Positions 26,865-37,380 are shown, numbered from the stretch's first letter. The stretch is DNA of 64,000 nt from Kofleriaceae bacterium (GCA_046597055.1 JBKJLC010000283.1:25180-89179), one strand, 5' to 3'. Notes: a model not told the origin generated them from the sequence alone. Translations and numbers: made by a program.

Positions 26865-27934
26865 GTGGTGACGGTGCAGCGGTTCGAGCAGCCGTCGAAG
26901 TCGTCGGGGTTGGCGTCGTCGCACTGCTCGCCGAGCTCGAGGACCCCGTTGCCGCACACCGCGGTCGGCAGCGGCGGCAGCTCGATGATGCAGGCGGCGC
27001 TGCAGCCATCGCCATCGACGGTGTTGGCGTCGTCGCAGCGCTCGCCAACGTCGAGCACGCCGTTGCCGCACGGCGCGGTGCCGCCGTCAGGGGACGTCCC
27101 GCCGTCAGGGCCGGTCGTCGCGTTGCACGCCAGCGTGACCGTGTTGCCATCGAGCGTCACCGCGCCGGTGTGCGCGAGCAGCCGGCCCGACACGGTCGCA
27201 CCGGTGGTCGCCGTGATGCTCGCCGAGGCGAGGATGGTGCCGTGGAACCGGGTCGCGGTGCCGAGGGTCGCCGAGCTGCCGACCGCCCAGAACACGTTGC
27301 AGTCGCTGCCGCCATTGATGACGAGCACCGACGAGTTGCTCGCGGTGGTGAGCGTGCTCGCGATGCGGAACACGAACACCGCGTCGGCCTGACCCTGGGC
27401 ATCGAGGGTGAGCTGGCCGGTCAGCGCCGCCGACGGCGACGTGAAGCAGTAAACGCCGGGCGTGAGCACCGCGCCGCCCAGCTCGGCGTCGTCGCGCGTG
27501 ACGTCGCACGGTTCGTCGTTGAGTCGGGTCCACGCGGCGTGGAGGTCGGTCTGCGCGCCGGCGGCCAGCGGGTCGGCCACGTGGATCGCGCCAACGACCT
27601 GGCCGGGCAGCAAGCCGGTGACCGCGCTCCCCGGGCTGAGGCCGAGGTCGCCCTGGATCACGGTGGGCCCGGTGCTGGTCACCGTCGAGGCGCCGAGCAC
27701 GAGGAAGCTCGCTGCGGTGCCGAGCATGGCGGCGTCGACCGAGGACTGCGGCGCCTGGGTGCACGCGGCCGGCACCAGCAGCGCGCACGGCACCAGGTAG
27801 CGGAGTCGGCGCGACCGATGCTTTGGTGATCCGTGGTCGAGGTCCTGATCGTCGACGGGCTGGGTGGTCGCGGTCGCGACCGAGCCAGTGGTGGTGGACG
27901 TGATGCCGGGGGTTCGGTTGCCAGGGTTGCGCAT
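26861..27934 (-). CDS. Ice-binding-like protein (DUF3494) with two C-terminal Myxococcus Cys-rich repeats
   Basis: LGTAASFLVLGASTVTSTG.TVI.GDLG, LTPGVYC, VFVFRI, NVFWAVGSSATLGT and GRLLA motifs; CGNG...GE.CDD twice. GAGGAG RBS before ATG 27934. Confidence 0.9.
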   Translation of the reverse strand: MRNPGNRTPGITSTTTGSVATATTQPVDDQDLDHGSPKHRSRRLRYLVPCALLVPAACTQAPQSSVDAAMLGTAASFLVLGASTVTSTGPTVIQGDLGLSPGSAVTGLLPGQVVGAIHVADPLAAGAQTDLHAAWTRLNDEPCDVTRDDAELGGAVLTPGVYCFTSPSAALTGQLTLDAQGQADAVFVFRIASTLTTASNSSVLVINGGSDCNVFWAVGSSATLGTATRFHGTILASASITATTGATVSGRLLAHTGAVTLDGNTVTLACNATTGPDGGTSPDGGTAPCGNGVLDVGERCDDANTVDGDGCSAACIIELPPLPTAVCGNGVLELGEQCDDANPDDFDGCSNRCTVTT

Positions 27935-28315
27935 GCGGTCTCCTCGTCGGACGTGACACCCAGGTCGGGTGCAGCCGCCCTCCCGTTCGGAGTAGCAGCC
28001 GTCCGATTGCTGCCGTTGCACCTTCCAAGCCGCAGTGTTTCGTCGCCGCGACGGCGTGTAGGCGCGCCGCCGCGCGCGAGTGCAACTGGTCGCAAGCAGC
28101 CACGGCGACCTCACGGATCCGATCCGGATCACGGACACGCCGGCTCGCAGCACCGGTCGCCGGGGTGTGCGCAGCCGCTCCCTGGGCTGCTGCGCCTCCT
28201 TCTTGCCCGTACGCTGGGGTACCTGTGCGCGGACCGGAACACCTGCCACGTCGGGCGACGGTCGGGATGTCCCGCCGTGCGGATCGAGGCGCTGCGATCC
28301 CGGGGCCGGTCCCGA

Positions 28316-31300
28316 TCAGCGGCAGTGCTTGAGGCCGTTGATCCAGGTCGAGATGAGCGCGAGGCCCGCGCGGTCGACGCGGCTGGTGCCGGTGCGGGGC
28401 ATGCGCGCGGACGTCAGGGTCTTCATGCGCAGGGCCAGGACCGAGTGGGCCGCGTCGCCGGGGACGACCACGCGGGTGCCGCCCGGCAGGCGGAGGGCGG
28501 GTCGGACGTTGCAGATGTTCATCGAGGCCAGGGGCGTCTCGAAGCGCAGGTCGAGGGCCGAGCCGGGTCCCGGGTGGCACGGCGCGCAGTTGGCGTGCAG
28601 GTAGGCGCGGGCGCGGCCGGCGGGCGCGGCGGTCGTGTCGGCGGGCTCGGGCAAGCGGGGGTGCCGCGCTGGATCCCGGAAGCTCGCGTCGAGCACGCCG
28701 AGGCTGGCGAGGGTCGCGAGCTGGTTCGCGCGCCGACCGGTCGGGTAGAGCACCTCGCGGTTGAGCTGCCCGGTCTCGAGGCCGAGCACCCGCCCGCGCG
28801 CGGGGGTGTGGCACCCGAGGCAGTCCTCGCGCGAGGGCACGGTCCACGGTGCGCCGCCGTCGCCGAGCTCGACCTTCACCGCGCCGGTCGCGAGCACCGC
28901 GTCGGTCTGCGACCGGTCCCACACGTACGTGTAGCCGGCCCAGTCGCCGTCGTCGTGGTGCACCAGCAGGCGGGTCTCGATCCGGCGGCCCCCGAAGCTG
29001 AATTCTTTGATCAGGACGCTGCCGACCGGCAGCTCCCAGTCGCCGCCGGCCGCGACGGTGATGCGGCTGTCGTCGGGCAGCACCATCCACCGGCGCTTGC
29101 CGAGCCCGTCGGCCCACAGCTCGGCGTTGACCTCGTACGGGATCGCCGCCGCCACCGGCTGCGACGGCGCCCGCGGTTGCACGCAGCCGGTCGCCGACAG
29201 CATCGTCGCCGGACCGGTCGGGACCGCGGCCGGCGCTGGCGTGGTCGCGACCGCGGCGGCGCGACCCGAGGTGAGCTTGAACACGCCCTGACCGGCGGCC
29301 GGGTTGAGCGAGACGACGTACAGCTCGCCGTGCTCGTCCTCGATGAACGAGGCCGGCGCGAACCGCGCGCACGGCGTGGCGAGCGCGACCCGCAGCTTGC
29401 GGGTGCGGGCGTAGGGATCGTCGAGCCCGTAGATCGTGCCGTCGCCGTTGTCGGCGACCAGGTAGGTGCCGATCAGCGCCGGCATCGCGGTCCCGCGATA
29501 GACCTGGCCGCCGATGATCGCCGTGCCCGCGCAGGTGCGGCTGGTCTGGGCCGGCAGCGCGGCGACCGCGGCGGTGATGGCGCCGCTGGCGTCGGTGCCC
29601 TCCTGGGTATCCCAGCCATGATCGCCGTCGCGCGCGACCAGGTTGATCTCCTCGCTGCGCGCGCCGGTGTCGCCGACCCAGAGCTGCCCGCCCTTGCGAT
29701 CGAAGCTGATCCGGAACGGGTTCCGGAACCCGCGCGCATAGACCTCGGGGCATGCATGCGCGGCATCGGGCAGCCCGCCGTTGCCCTCCTCGAAGCAGGG
29801 CGGGTTGGGCTTGCCGGCGCGGTCGAGCCGGTAGGGGTTGTCGGCCGGGATGCCGTACTGCTTGCCGGGCAGCGGCTTCGCGGCGTGCACGTCGAGGCGC
29901 AGGATCTTGCCGCGCAGGTTGGTGGGCTTGCGGGTGCGGGCGAAGATCTCGTCCTCGCCGACCGACATGTACAGGTGGCCGTCGGGGCCGAACACCACGT
30001 CGCCGCCGTAGTGATGGCTGCCGCCACCGGCCGACAGCAGCTTGACCTCGCCCGAGGCGACGTAGCTGCCGCTGCGGTTCTTGCGGACGTCCGCGCGGAA
30101 CAGCGCGACGCTGCCCCAGCCGCCGCGCACGTAGTACACGTGGGCCCGCTTGGGGTCGGTCGCCAGCGCCGGGTCGAACGCGAGCCCGAGGAAGCCACCC
30201 TCGTTCTCCGAGAGGTCGCGCGCCGCGGGCACGTACGGGTCGATCAGGTTGGTCGCTGGCGGTTGGGTGGCGTTGACGTCGCTCACCTGGAACACCCGAC
30301 CGCTGCGCAGGCCGATGAACCACAGCCACTGCTGGTCGGGCATCCGCACGCGACGGGCGACGATCGGCGCGTTGTTGCCGAACGGCTTGCCGGGTCCGGT
30401 CGACAGCCGCGGAAACAGCGGCTGCAGCGCCAGGCCCCGGTCGCCGCCCTGGCGCGTGCGCTTGCCCCTGGGCGGCGCGGGCGCCGCGGGCGCGCCCGGT
30501 CGCGACGGGGCGGTGCAGGTCGGGTTGGCCGCTCGCGCGTCGAGGCCCGCGAGCGAGGCCACCGGCAACGGGACCGCCGGCGCGCGCGGCGGTGGGCCCG
30601 CATCGCCCGCGGTCGTCGCGACCGGGGCGCGCGGGCGCGCGGGCCCGATCTCGTAGGTGACCTCGAGCGACGGCTTGTGGGTCGCGTGCCGCGACGCGTA
30701 GAGCTTGGCCACCTTCGCCCGGGTCTCGTTGACGAGCATGACGCCGTGGTTGGTCCGGGGATCGTCGATCCACCCCTGCACCACGTCGACATCGAGCGCG
30801 ACGGTCTGGACCTCGACCCCGCGGCCCTGCCACGCCGTGATCGCGAACGACCTGCCGGCGACCACGTCGGTGCCCTGGCCACCGGCGCCCGGCTTGGCCC
30901 ACGCGTGGTCGGCGTCGCGGTTGAGCCAGCCGAAGCGGGCCGAGCCCGGGTCCCATGCGGTGGTCAGGTAATGACCGCGGACGGTGAAGTCGCTGTCCCA
31001 GCTGGCGAACACCAGCCGCAGGGTCGCGCTGGTGACCCGGGCCCCCCGCGGCAGCGTGAGGCCGGTGAACCGGAGCAGCGGCTGGCTCTGGTAGCCGTCA
31101 GGGCCGGGCAGGTGCCAGCAGCCGAGCTCGGCGCTGCTGCGATCGGCCTCGCCGTTGCCGCCGCCCCGCGACAGGATGCTCACGTCGGTCACGCCGGTGG
31201 CGCGCACGGCCGCGGGCTCGTCGGGGGCGGCCGCCGCCGGCGACGGGGCATGGCACCCCGCAGAGATCAGGCCGACCAGACCCAGCACGCGCAGCGTGCT

Positions 31301-31351
31301 TGAAACGTTCCGCACGCCCGGCCCGCTACGACGACTCACCGTGAGATACAC
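28316..31351 (-). CDS. Lipoprotein fusing a DNRLRE-like domain, a PQQ-dependent glucose/sorbosone dehydrogenase and a dihaem cytochrome c region
   Basis: Lipobox ISAGC; EGGFLGLAFDP, HHYGG...FGPDG.LY, GKILR.DV, RGFRNP.R.SFD; LWADG..KRRW, IETRLL; CLGCH and CAPCH. Start uncertain. Confidence 0.88.
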   Translation of the reverse strand: MYLTVSRRSGPGVRNVSSTLRVLGLVGLISAGCHAPSPAAAAPDEPAAVRATGVTDVSILSRGGGNGEADRSSAELGCWHLPGPDGYQSQPLLRFTGLTLPRGARVTSATLRLVFASWDSDFTVRGHYLTTAWDPGSARFGWLNRDADHAWAKPGAGGQGTDVVAGRSFAITAWQGRGVEVQTVALDVDVVQGWIDDPRTNHGVMLVNETRAKVAKLYASRHATHKPSLEVTYEIGPARPRAPVATTAGDAGPPPRAPAVPLPVASLAGLDARAANPTCTAPSRPGAPAAPAPPRGKRTRQGGDRGLALQPLFPRLSTGPGKPFGNNAPIVARRVRMPDQQWLWFIGLRSGRVFQVSDVNATQPPATNLIDPYVPAARDLSENEGGFLGLAFDPALATDPKRAHVYYVRGGWGSVALFRADVRKNRSGSYVASGEVKLLSAGGGSHHYGGDVVFGPDGHLYMSVGEDEIFARTRKPTNLRGKILRLDVHAAKPLPGKQYGIPADNPYRLDRAGKPNPPCFEEGNGGLPDAAHACPEVYARGFRNPFRISFDRKGGQLWVGDTGARSEEINLVARDGDHGWDTQEGTDASGAITAAVAALPAQTSRTCAGTAIIGGQVYRGTAMPALIGTYLVADNGDGTIYGLDDPYARTRKLRVALATPCARFAPASFIEDEHGELYVVSLNPAAGQGVFKLTSGRAAAVATTPAPAAVPTGPATMLSATGCVQPRAPSQPVAAAIPYEVNAELWADGLGKRRWMVLPDDSRITVAAGGDWELPVGSVLIKEFSFGGRRIETRLLVHHDDGDWAGYTYVWDRSQTDAVLATGAVKVELGDGGAPWTVPSREDCLGCHTPARGRVLGLETGQLNREVLYPTGRRANQLATLASLGVLDASFRDPARHPRLPEPADTTAAPAGRARAYLHANCAPCHPGPGSALDLRFETPLASMNICNVRPALRLPGGTRVVVPGDAAHSVLALRMKTLTSARMPRTGTSRVDRAGLALISTWINGLKHCR

Positions 31352-31436
31352 GCGTGAGTATCGAACCTGGCGCGCCCGGCTGCAACGTCGCTCGTGCGCG
31401 AGGCCACACGCGGCCAGCTGGCCCGGCCCGGCGAAG

Positions 31437-32522
31437 CTACCCGCCGGCGCGCTCCCCGAGGCTGGGACCGGCCTCGGCCGGGTCCGATCCAGGCTGCTGC
31501 CGCTGGCCGGCCGGCGCCAGGACCTCGACCGGCACGGTCACGTGCATGCCACCGGGCACCTCGCCGCGGACCTCGATCCGGCCCGGCGACCCGGCGACCA
31601 CGTACACGCAGTTGCGCGGGAAGAACCGCACCAGGGTCGCGCCCGCGCTGACCGTGAACGTCCATGGCGCGAACACGACGTCGGCGGCGCCCGCCGACGC
31701 CTCGAAGCACACCAGGTCGGCGTTGCCGGCCGCGACCGGCGCGTCGTTCACCCGCCGGCCGCGCACCGCATCGAGGGTGGTCGTCGCCGCGACGGTGAAC
31801 TCCCGCGGCTCGGCCAGGTCGCCCGCGGCGACCGTCAGCGCGAGCCCGGCGGGGCCGACCGTTTGCCGGCGCACGTCCCACGCCAGCGTGGTGAACGGCG
31901 CGCCATCGGTCGACCTCACCGCCATGGCCTCGTCGACCAGCGGGCGGCCATCGGCGGCGTGCAGCCCGATCAGCAGCGCGGCGTCGGCGCCGGTCCATAC
32001 CTGCCACGGGCGCGCGCGGTCGGACCGGTACGCGAGCTGCGGATCGGGCTCGAGGTGAACCCGGGCGAGCGCCGCGGCGTGGACCTCGACCTGATCGATC
32101 AGCCCGTCGCGGTCGTCGATGCGCAGCAGCGCGGTGCCGGCGGCGCGGCCAGTGAGCATCACGACGTGGCCCTGCGTGCGCGCCACCGCGACCGCAGCTC
32201 CGTCAGTGCCAGCCTGGTAGCCCGCGGTCAGCGCGCGGCCGCTGGCGTGGTCGCGGACCTCGACCGACTGGACGCCGCCGATCGCCGTGACCTTGACGTC
32301 TTCGTCCCCGAAGCAGGCCTGACCGAACGCCGGACCGCTGAACTCGAGGCGCTCGGGAGCCGCGATCGAGCACGGCGTGGCGGGACACGGACCGGCGTCG
32401 GCACGCTCGCGGGGCTCGACGCAGCCGGCCGACCCGACGAAGCCGAGGCACCCAACCGCCAGCGCGACGCGAAGCATGTCGTGGGCGAGAGCAGCTGGCG
32501 TGCCAGCGCCAGCGAGCTGCAT
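31437..32522 (-). CDS. Hypothetical lipoprotein
   Basis: Lipobox GSAGC, and TAAGTC 6 nt before ATG 32522. Alternative start 32477. Confidence 0.65.
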   Translation of the reverse strand: MQLAGAGTPAALAHDMLRVALAVGCLGFVGSAGCVEPRERADAGPCPATPCSIAAPERLEFSGPAFGQACFGDEDVKVTAIGGVQSVEVRDHASGRALTAGYQAGTDGAAVAVARTQGHVVMLTGRAAGTALLRIDDRDGLIDQVEVHAAALARVHLEPDPQLAYRSDRARPWQVWTGADAALLIGLHAADGRPLVDEAMAVRSTDGAPFTTLAWDVRRQTVGPAGLALTVAAGDLAEPREFTVAATTTLDAVRGRRVNDAPVAAGNADLVCFEASAGAADVVFAPWTFTVSAGATLVRFFPRNCVYVVAGSPGRIEVRGEVPGGMHVTVPVEVLAPAGQRQQPGSDPAEAGPSLGERAGG

Positions 32523-32631
32523 CCACCGGACTTACGCGCAGCCGCGCCGCGGCGCGGCCTGCGCCCCTGACAGACGTGTGCGGTGAACCGTCAGCGAGTG
32601 TCGAACCGCCGACACCTGCCCACGCAGGGAG

Positions 32632-33504
32632 CTAGCCCTTCACCGCGCCCGCGGTGAGGCCGCCGACCAGGTACTTCTGCAGCACGTAGAACAGCGCCAT
32701 GACCGGCAGACTGGTGACGATCGCGCCGGCGGCGAACCGGCCCCAGTCGGCCGAGAACTGACCGACCGACGACTGCAGCAGCACCGGGAGCGTGTACTTG
32801 CCCTCGTCGGTCAGGAAGGTCGACGCCATGATGAACTCGTTCCACGCGGTCATGAACGAGAACAGCGCGGTGACCGCGATGCCGGGGCGGGCCAGCGGCA
32901 ACACGATCGTGAAGAAGATCCGCGCCGGCCCGGCGCCGTCGACCCGGGCCGCCTCGAGCAGCTCGCGCGGCAGCCCGTCGAAGTAGCCCTTGAGGGTCCA
33001 CACGCAGAACGGGATCGCGGTGGTCGAGTACACCAGCACCAGCCCGGTCAGCGAGTTGAGCAGGCCCAGCCGGTGCAGCAGCACGTAGAGCGGCAGGATG
33101 AGCAGCGACGCCGGAAACATCTGGACCACCAGGAAGGTCGTCAGCGCGGTGCGCCGGCCCGGGAAGCGGAACCGCGACAGCGCGTAGGCCGCGGTGCACG
33201 CCAGGATGATGCCGACGATGGTGGTCGCGATCGCGACCGCGATGCTCGCCAGCGCGTGGTGCACGAACGCGAGCTCGCCGCCGGCGCCGCGCGCGCCGAG
33301 CAGGCCGCGGAAGTGATCGAGCGTGAGCGCCTCGGGCACCGGCGACGCCGACAGCGCGAACTGCCGTCCCGGCTCGAAGGCCTTCTTCACCACCAGCAGC
33401 ACCGGGTACAGCACCACCGCGGTCGCGATCGCGAGTGCCAGGTAGACCAGCGTCATCGTGTACCAGCGCGGCCCCGCGCGGCCCGCGCGCGCCGGGCCGC
33501 TCAT
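32632..33504 (-). CDS. malG: Maltose/maltodextrin-type ABC permease (MalG-like)
   Basis: AYALSRFRFPG, QMFP, LKGYFDGLPRELLEAARVDGA, WNEF and QKYLVGGLTAGAVKG. Confidence 0.9.
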   Translation of the reverse strand: MSGPARAGRAGPRWYTMTLVYLALAIATAVVLYPVLLVVKKAFEPGRQFALSASPVPEALTLDHFRGLLGARGAGGELAFVHHALASIAVAIATTIVGIILACTAAYALSRFRFPGRRTALTTFLVVQMFPASLLILPLYVLLHRLGLLNSLTGLVLVYSTTAIPFCVWTLKGYFDGLPRELLEAARVDGAGPARIFFTIVLPLARPGIAVTALFSFMTAWNEFIMASTFLTDEGKYTLPVLLQSSVGQFSADWGRFAAGAIVTSLPVMALFYVLQKYLVGGLTAGAVKG

Positions 33505-35084
33505 GGCGCGTCCTCCTTGCGCGTGACCCGGGTGCCGAACACCGTCCACAGGAGCAGGATCAAGAAGATGATCGTGCCCATCGCGGCCGCCATGCCGTAG
33601 CGCTCGCCGCGTTCGAACGCCCACCGGTACGCATCGGTGACCAGGATGTCGGTCGAGCCGCCCGGCTTGCCGCCCGACACCAGGAAGATCACGTTGAACA
33701 TGTTGAAGGTCCAGATCGACCCCAGGATCACCGCCGGGCCCAGCGCCGGCCGCAGGTGGGGCAGGGTGATGTGGACCAGGCGCTGCCACGCGCTGGCCCC
33801 GTCGACCTCGGCCGCCTCGTACAGATCGCGCGGGATCGACTCGAGCGCGCCGAGCGCGACCACCATCATGAACGGGAAGCCGAGCCACGTGTTGGTGGCG
33901 ACGTTGGCCGCGAACGCGGTCGCCCACGACGAGAACCACGACACGCCGTCGAGGCCGAACCCCTCGAGCAGCGAGTTGATCGCGCCGTACTCGCCCTGGA
34001 ACATGCCCTTCCAGATCAGCGCGGTGATGTAGTTGGGGATCGCCCACGGCACCACCAGCAGTACCCGGAACAGACCCTTGCCGCGCAGCCACGGCTGCCG
34101 CAGCGCCAGCGCCAGCGAGGTCCCGATCAGGACGTGGAGCACGACGTTGGCGCCGGTCCACAGCACCGTGACGCCGAGGATGAACCAGAAGTTCAGCGGG
34201 TCGTCGAAGGCGCGGCCGTTGCCGGTCAGGATGCGCCCGAAGTTGGCGAACCCGACGAACGACCAGCGGCCGTGCTCGTGGTCGTAGAAGCCGATCAGGA
34301 GCCCGACCACGAACGGGATCACGACCAGCACGATCATCGCGACCGCGGCCGGCGCCAGGAACGACAGCGCGACCCGGTGGGCGCGCACCGCGGCCCCGAA
34401 CCGCTCGGTGCCGCCGCGGGCGTGGGCGACCGCGGTCACCAGCGCGACCCCCAGCGCGCACCCGGCCAGCGGCCAGCCGCTCCACATGGCGGCCGGCACC
34501 GCCAGCAGCGCCAGCGACACGCCGACCCCGAGCGCGCCGCGGCCGGTGACCGCGCCGGCCGCGGCCACCACCGCGCCCAGCCCGACCAGCCCGATCACGA
34601 CCAGCCACGGAAACCGCTGCGGTCCGCCGGGCTCACCGGTCACCGCGATGGCGGCGCCGCGGGCGGTGGCGACCGCCGCGACCGCGCGACCGCTGCCGTC
34701 GTGCAGCATCTCGGCGAACGGGCCGGTCGTCTCGAACCGGGTCGCGGCGTCGTAGAGCAGCTTGTCGGCGGCGGGCGCCACCGGGCCACCGAGCCGTCGC
34801 TCGCCGGTCGCCTCGACCAGCCGTCGCTGCGGCAGGTAGGGGTGACCCGGCGTCGGCGTCGCCGGGCTGACCACCCCGGCGGCCGCGGTCGCCCACAGCG
34901 GGGTGGCGCCGGCGGCGACCGCGTGGGCCGCGGCCTGGGCCCGACCCAGCTCGCGCGCGGTCAGCTCGCGGTTGCGCATCCGCACGAACGCGGCGAGCAG
35001 CACGATCCAGACGATCAGCGCCGCCACGCTGGCGTCGCGGAGCGCCGCACGCAGCGGCGGTCGCGGCGGGCTCACCAGGATCAC
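33501..35084 (-). CDS. malF: Maltose-type ABC permease (MalF-like) with N-terminal extension
   Basis: LLVVPWAIP, NTWLGFPFMM, IPRDLYEAAEVDGA and FNMFNVI. GTGA overlap. Confidence 0.88.
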   Translation of the reverse strand: MILVSPPRPPLRAALRDASVAALIVWIVLLAAFVRMRNRELTARELGRAQAAAHAVAAGATPLWATAAAGVVSPATPTPGHPYLPQRRLVEATGERRLGGPVAPAADKLLYDAATRFETTGPFAEMLHDGSGRAVAAVATARGAAIAVTGEPGGPQRFPWLVVIGLVGLGAVVAAAGAVTGRGALGVGVSLALLAVPAAMWSGWPLAGCALGVALVTAVAHARGGTERFGAAVRAHRVALSFLAPAAVAMIVLVVIPFVVGLLIGFYDHEHGRWSFVGFANFGRILTGNGRAFDDPLNFWFILGVTVLWTGANVVLHVLIGTSLALALRQPWLRGKGLFRVLLVVPWAIPNYITALIWKGMFQGEYGAINSLLEGFGLDGVSWFSSWATAFAANVATNTWLGFPFMMVVALGALESIPRDLYEAAEVDGASAWQRLVHITLPHLRPALGPAVILGSIWTFNMFNVIFLVSGGKPGGSTDILVTDAYRWAFERGERYGMAAAMGTIIFLILLLWTVFGTRVTRKEDAP

Positions 35085-36304
35085 CTGGGATCCTCGCCGA
35101 ACGAGCGCAGCTCGGCGGCGGCGCGGTCGAGCGCCTCGGCCGGCGACGCGCCCCCGATCACCACGCTGGCCAGCGCGTTCTTGTAGGGCGTCCACACCGC
35201 GCGCATCAGCGGCACCGCCGGCATCGGCACGGTGTGCTCGAGCTGGCGACGGAACGCGCCCAGCACCGCGTCGTCGGCGAGCGCGCCCTGGTATGCGCGC
35301 AGGTTGGGCACCACCTGGCGAGCGCGCACGGCGCGCGCGGCCGCCGACGCGTCGTCGGCCAGGGCCAGCATCACCGCGATCGCCGCGTCCTTGTCGCGGG
35401 CCCGCGCCGACATCAGCACGCCCTCGGCGCCGAGGAAGGGCGCCGCCGGTCGGCCGGTCGCCGACACCACCGGCAGGGTCGTGACCTGCCAGGGCACGCC
35501 GGCCTCGATGTCGCCCTGGAACCACGGCCCCGACATCGCCATGGCGGCCTTGCCCTCGTTGAACAGGGTCGCGGTGAGCGCCACGTCGGCGTCGCGCGGG
35601 ACCACCTCGCGGGCGACCAGCTCGCGGGCGAACCCGGCCGCCGCCACCGCCGCCAGGGTCGCCAGCTGCGGCGCGCCGTCGCCGTCGAGGCTGACCCCGC
35701 CGAACCCGTGCAGCCACGGCGCGTGGCCGTAGAGATCGTCGACCGGGTAGGCCAGCGGGAAGATGCCGCGCGCGCGCAGCCCGGGCGCCATCGCCAGCAG
35801 CTCGTCGGTGGTGCGCGGCGGCGACGCGACCAGGTCGGTGCGCACGTACAGCGCCAGCGACTTCACCGCCAGCGGCAGGCCGAACAGCGAGCCGCGGTAG
35901 GCCATCGCCGCGATCGCGTCGGGCGCGTAGCGACCGGCGGTCGGCTCGTCGATCCAGAACTCGATCGGCTCGAGCAGCCCCGACGCGACCCAGTCGCCGA
36001 TCCGGTCGTGCGAGTACACGAACAGATCGGGGCCGTTGCCGTTCGGGATCGCGCTCGTGATCTTGTCGGCGAAGGCGTCGTAGGGCACCGCCACCAGGCG
36101 AACGGTGCGCTCGGGATGGGCCTGGTTCCAGCCGGCCACCACCTCCTCGAGCGCGAGCCGCTCGTCGCCGCCATAGGCGTGCCACAGCGTGACCGCCTCG
36201 CCGCCGTCCCGGCCGCAGCCGACCAGCGCCAGCACGGTCGCGACGATCCACGCCGCCACGGCTCGTCCGGTTCCCGGACGCACGCGATCGGCCGCCTGGT
36301 TCAA
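35081..36304 (-). CDS. malE: Sugar ABC substrate-binding lipoprotein (MalE-like)
   Basis: Lipobox LVGC, VTLWH, GNGPDLF...HDRIG, FNEGKAAM..SGPW and PMP..P.M..VW. TTG overlaps the malK stop; alternative GTG at 36259. Confidence 0.85.
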   Translation of the reverse strand: MNQAADRVRPGTGRAVAAWIVATVLALVGCGRDGGEAVTLWHAYGGDERLALEEVVAGWNQAHPERTVRLVAVPYDAFADKITSAIPNGNGPDLFVYSHDRIGDWVASGLLEPIEFWIDEPTAGRYAPDAIAAMAYRGSLFGLPLAVKSLALYVRTDLVASPPRTTDELLAMAPGLRARGIFPLAYPVDDLYGHAPWLHGFGGVSLDGDGAPQLATLAAVAAAGFARELVAREVVPRDADVALTATLFNEGKAAMAMSGPWFQGDIEAGVPWQVTTLPVVSATGRPAAPFLGAEGVLMSARARDKDAAIAVMLALADDASAAARAVRARQVVPNLRAYQGALADDAVLGAFRRQLEHTVPMPAVPLMRAVWTPYKNALASVVIGGASPAEALDRAAAELRSFGEDPR

Positions 36305-37380
36305 AGCCGCAGCTCCGACCGGGCGTCGAACCAGTGCACCGCCCGCGGGTCGAGGTACATCGTCACCGGATCGCCGGGGCGCCCCGGGGTCCGCGCGTCG
36401 GCGCGCACGGTGACCTCGCCGGCGGGCGACGCGATGTGCAGCACGACCTCGGCGCCCAGCATCTCGCGCAGCTGGACCGCGCCGGTCAGCGCGATCCGGT
36501 CGGCGCGCCGCTCGAGCCCGATGTCCTCGGGGCGGATGCCGACCACCACGTCGGCGCCGCCGTCGACCTCGCCGGGCACCGGCACCGCGAAGCCGTGGCC
36601 GCGGGCGGTGCGCGCGCCGTTCGCGCCGTCGACCGCCGCGGTCAGGAAGTTCATGGTCGGCGTGCCGAAGAACCCGGCGACGAACCGGTTGGCCGGCTGC
36701 TGGTAGATCTCCATGGGCGTGCCGACCTGCTGCAGGGTGCCGCCGTCGAGCACCACGATGCGGTCGGCCAGCGTCATTGCCTCGATCTGATCGTGGGTGA
36801 CGTACAGCGAGGTCGCGGTCGACTCGGCGTGGACCCGCGCGATCTCGCGGCGCATGTCGCCGCGCAGCTTGGCGTCGAGGTTCGACAGCGGCTCGTCGAA
36901 CAGGAACACCTTGGGCCGGCGCACCACCGCGCGGCCGATCGCGACCCGCTGGCGCTGACCGCCGGACAGCGCCTTGGGCCGGCGCTCGAGGTACGGCTCG
37001 ATGTCGAGGCTGCGGGCGACCTCCTCGACCCGGGCCTTGATCTCGGCCTCGGGCAGCTTGCGGATGCGGAGCGCGAACGCCAGGTTCTCGAACACGCTCA
37101 TGTGCGGGTAGAGCGCGTAGCTCTGGAACACCATCGCGATGTCGCGCTGGGCCGGCTGGACCTGGGTGACGTCGCGGCCGTCGATGAGGACCTGGCCCTC
37201 GGTCGGCTCCTCGAGCCCGGCCACGATGCGCAGCGTCGTCGACTTCCCGCAGCCCGACGGGCCGACCAGCACCACCAGCTGTCCGGACGCGAATGTCAGA
37301 TCGAGCCGGTCGAGCGCCGGCCGGCTGGCGCGCGCACCCTCGTACAGCTTCCGGATGCCCTGCAGTCGGACCTCGCTCAT
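36301..37380 (-). CDS. malK: Sugar ABC ATPase (MalK/UgpC family)
   Basis: GPSGCGKST, MVFQSYALYPH, LSGGQRQR, FLFDEPLSNLD, YVTHDQ and a C-terminal TOBE-like tail. Confidence 0.93.
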   Translation of the reverse strand: MSEVRLQGIRKLYEGARASRPALDRLDLTFASGQLVVLVGPSGCGKSTTLRIVAGLEEPTEGQVLIDGRDVTQVQPAQRDIAMVFQSYALYPHMSVFENLAFALRIRKLPEAEIKARVEEVARSLDIEPYLERRPKALSGGQRQRVAIGRAVVRRPKVFLFDEPLSNLDAKLRGDMRREIARVHAESTATSLYVTHDQIEAMTLADRIVVLDGGTLQQVGTPMEIYQQPANRFVAGFFGTPTMNFLTAAVDGANGARTARGHGFAVPVPGEVDGGADVVVGIRPEDIGLERRADRIALTGAVQLREMLGAEVVLHIASPAGEVTVRADARTPGRPGDPVTMYLDPRAVHWFDARSELRL

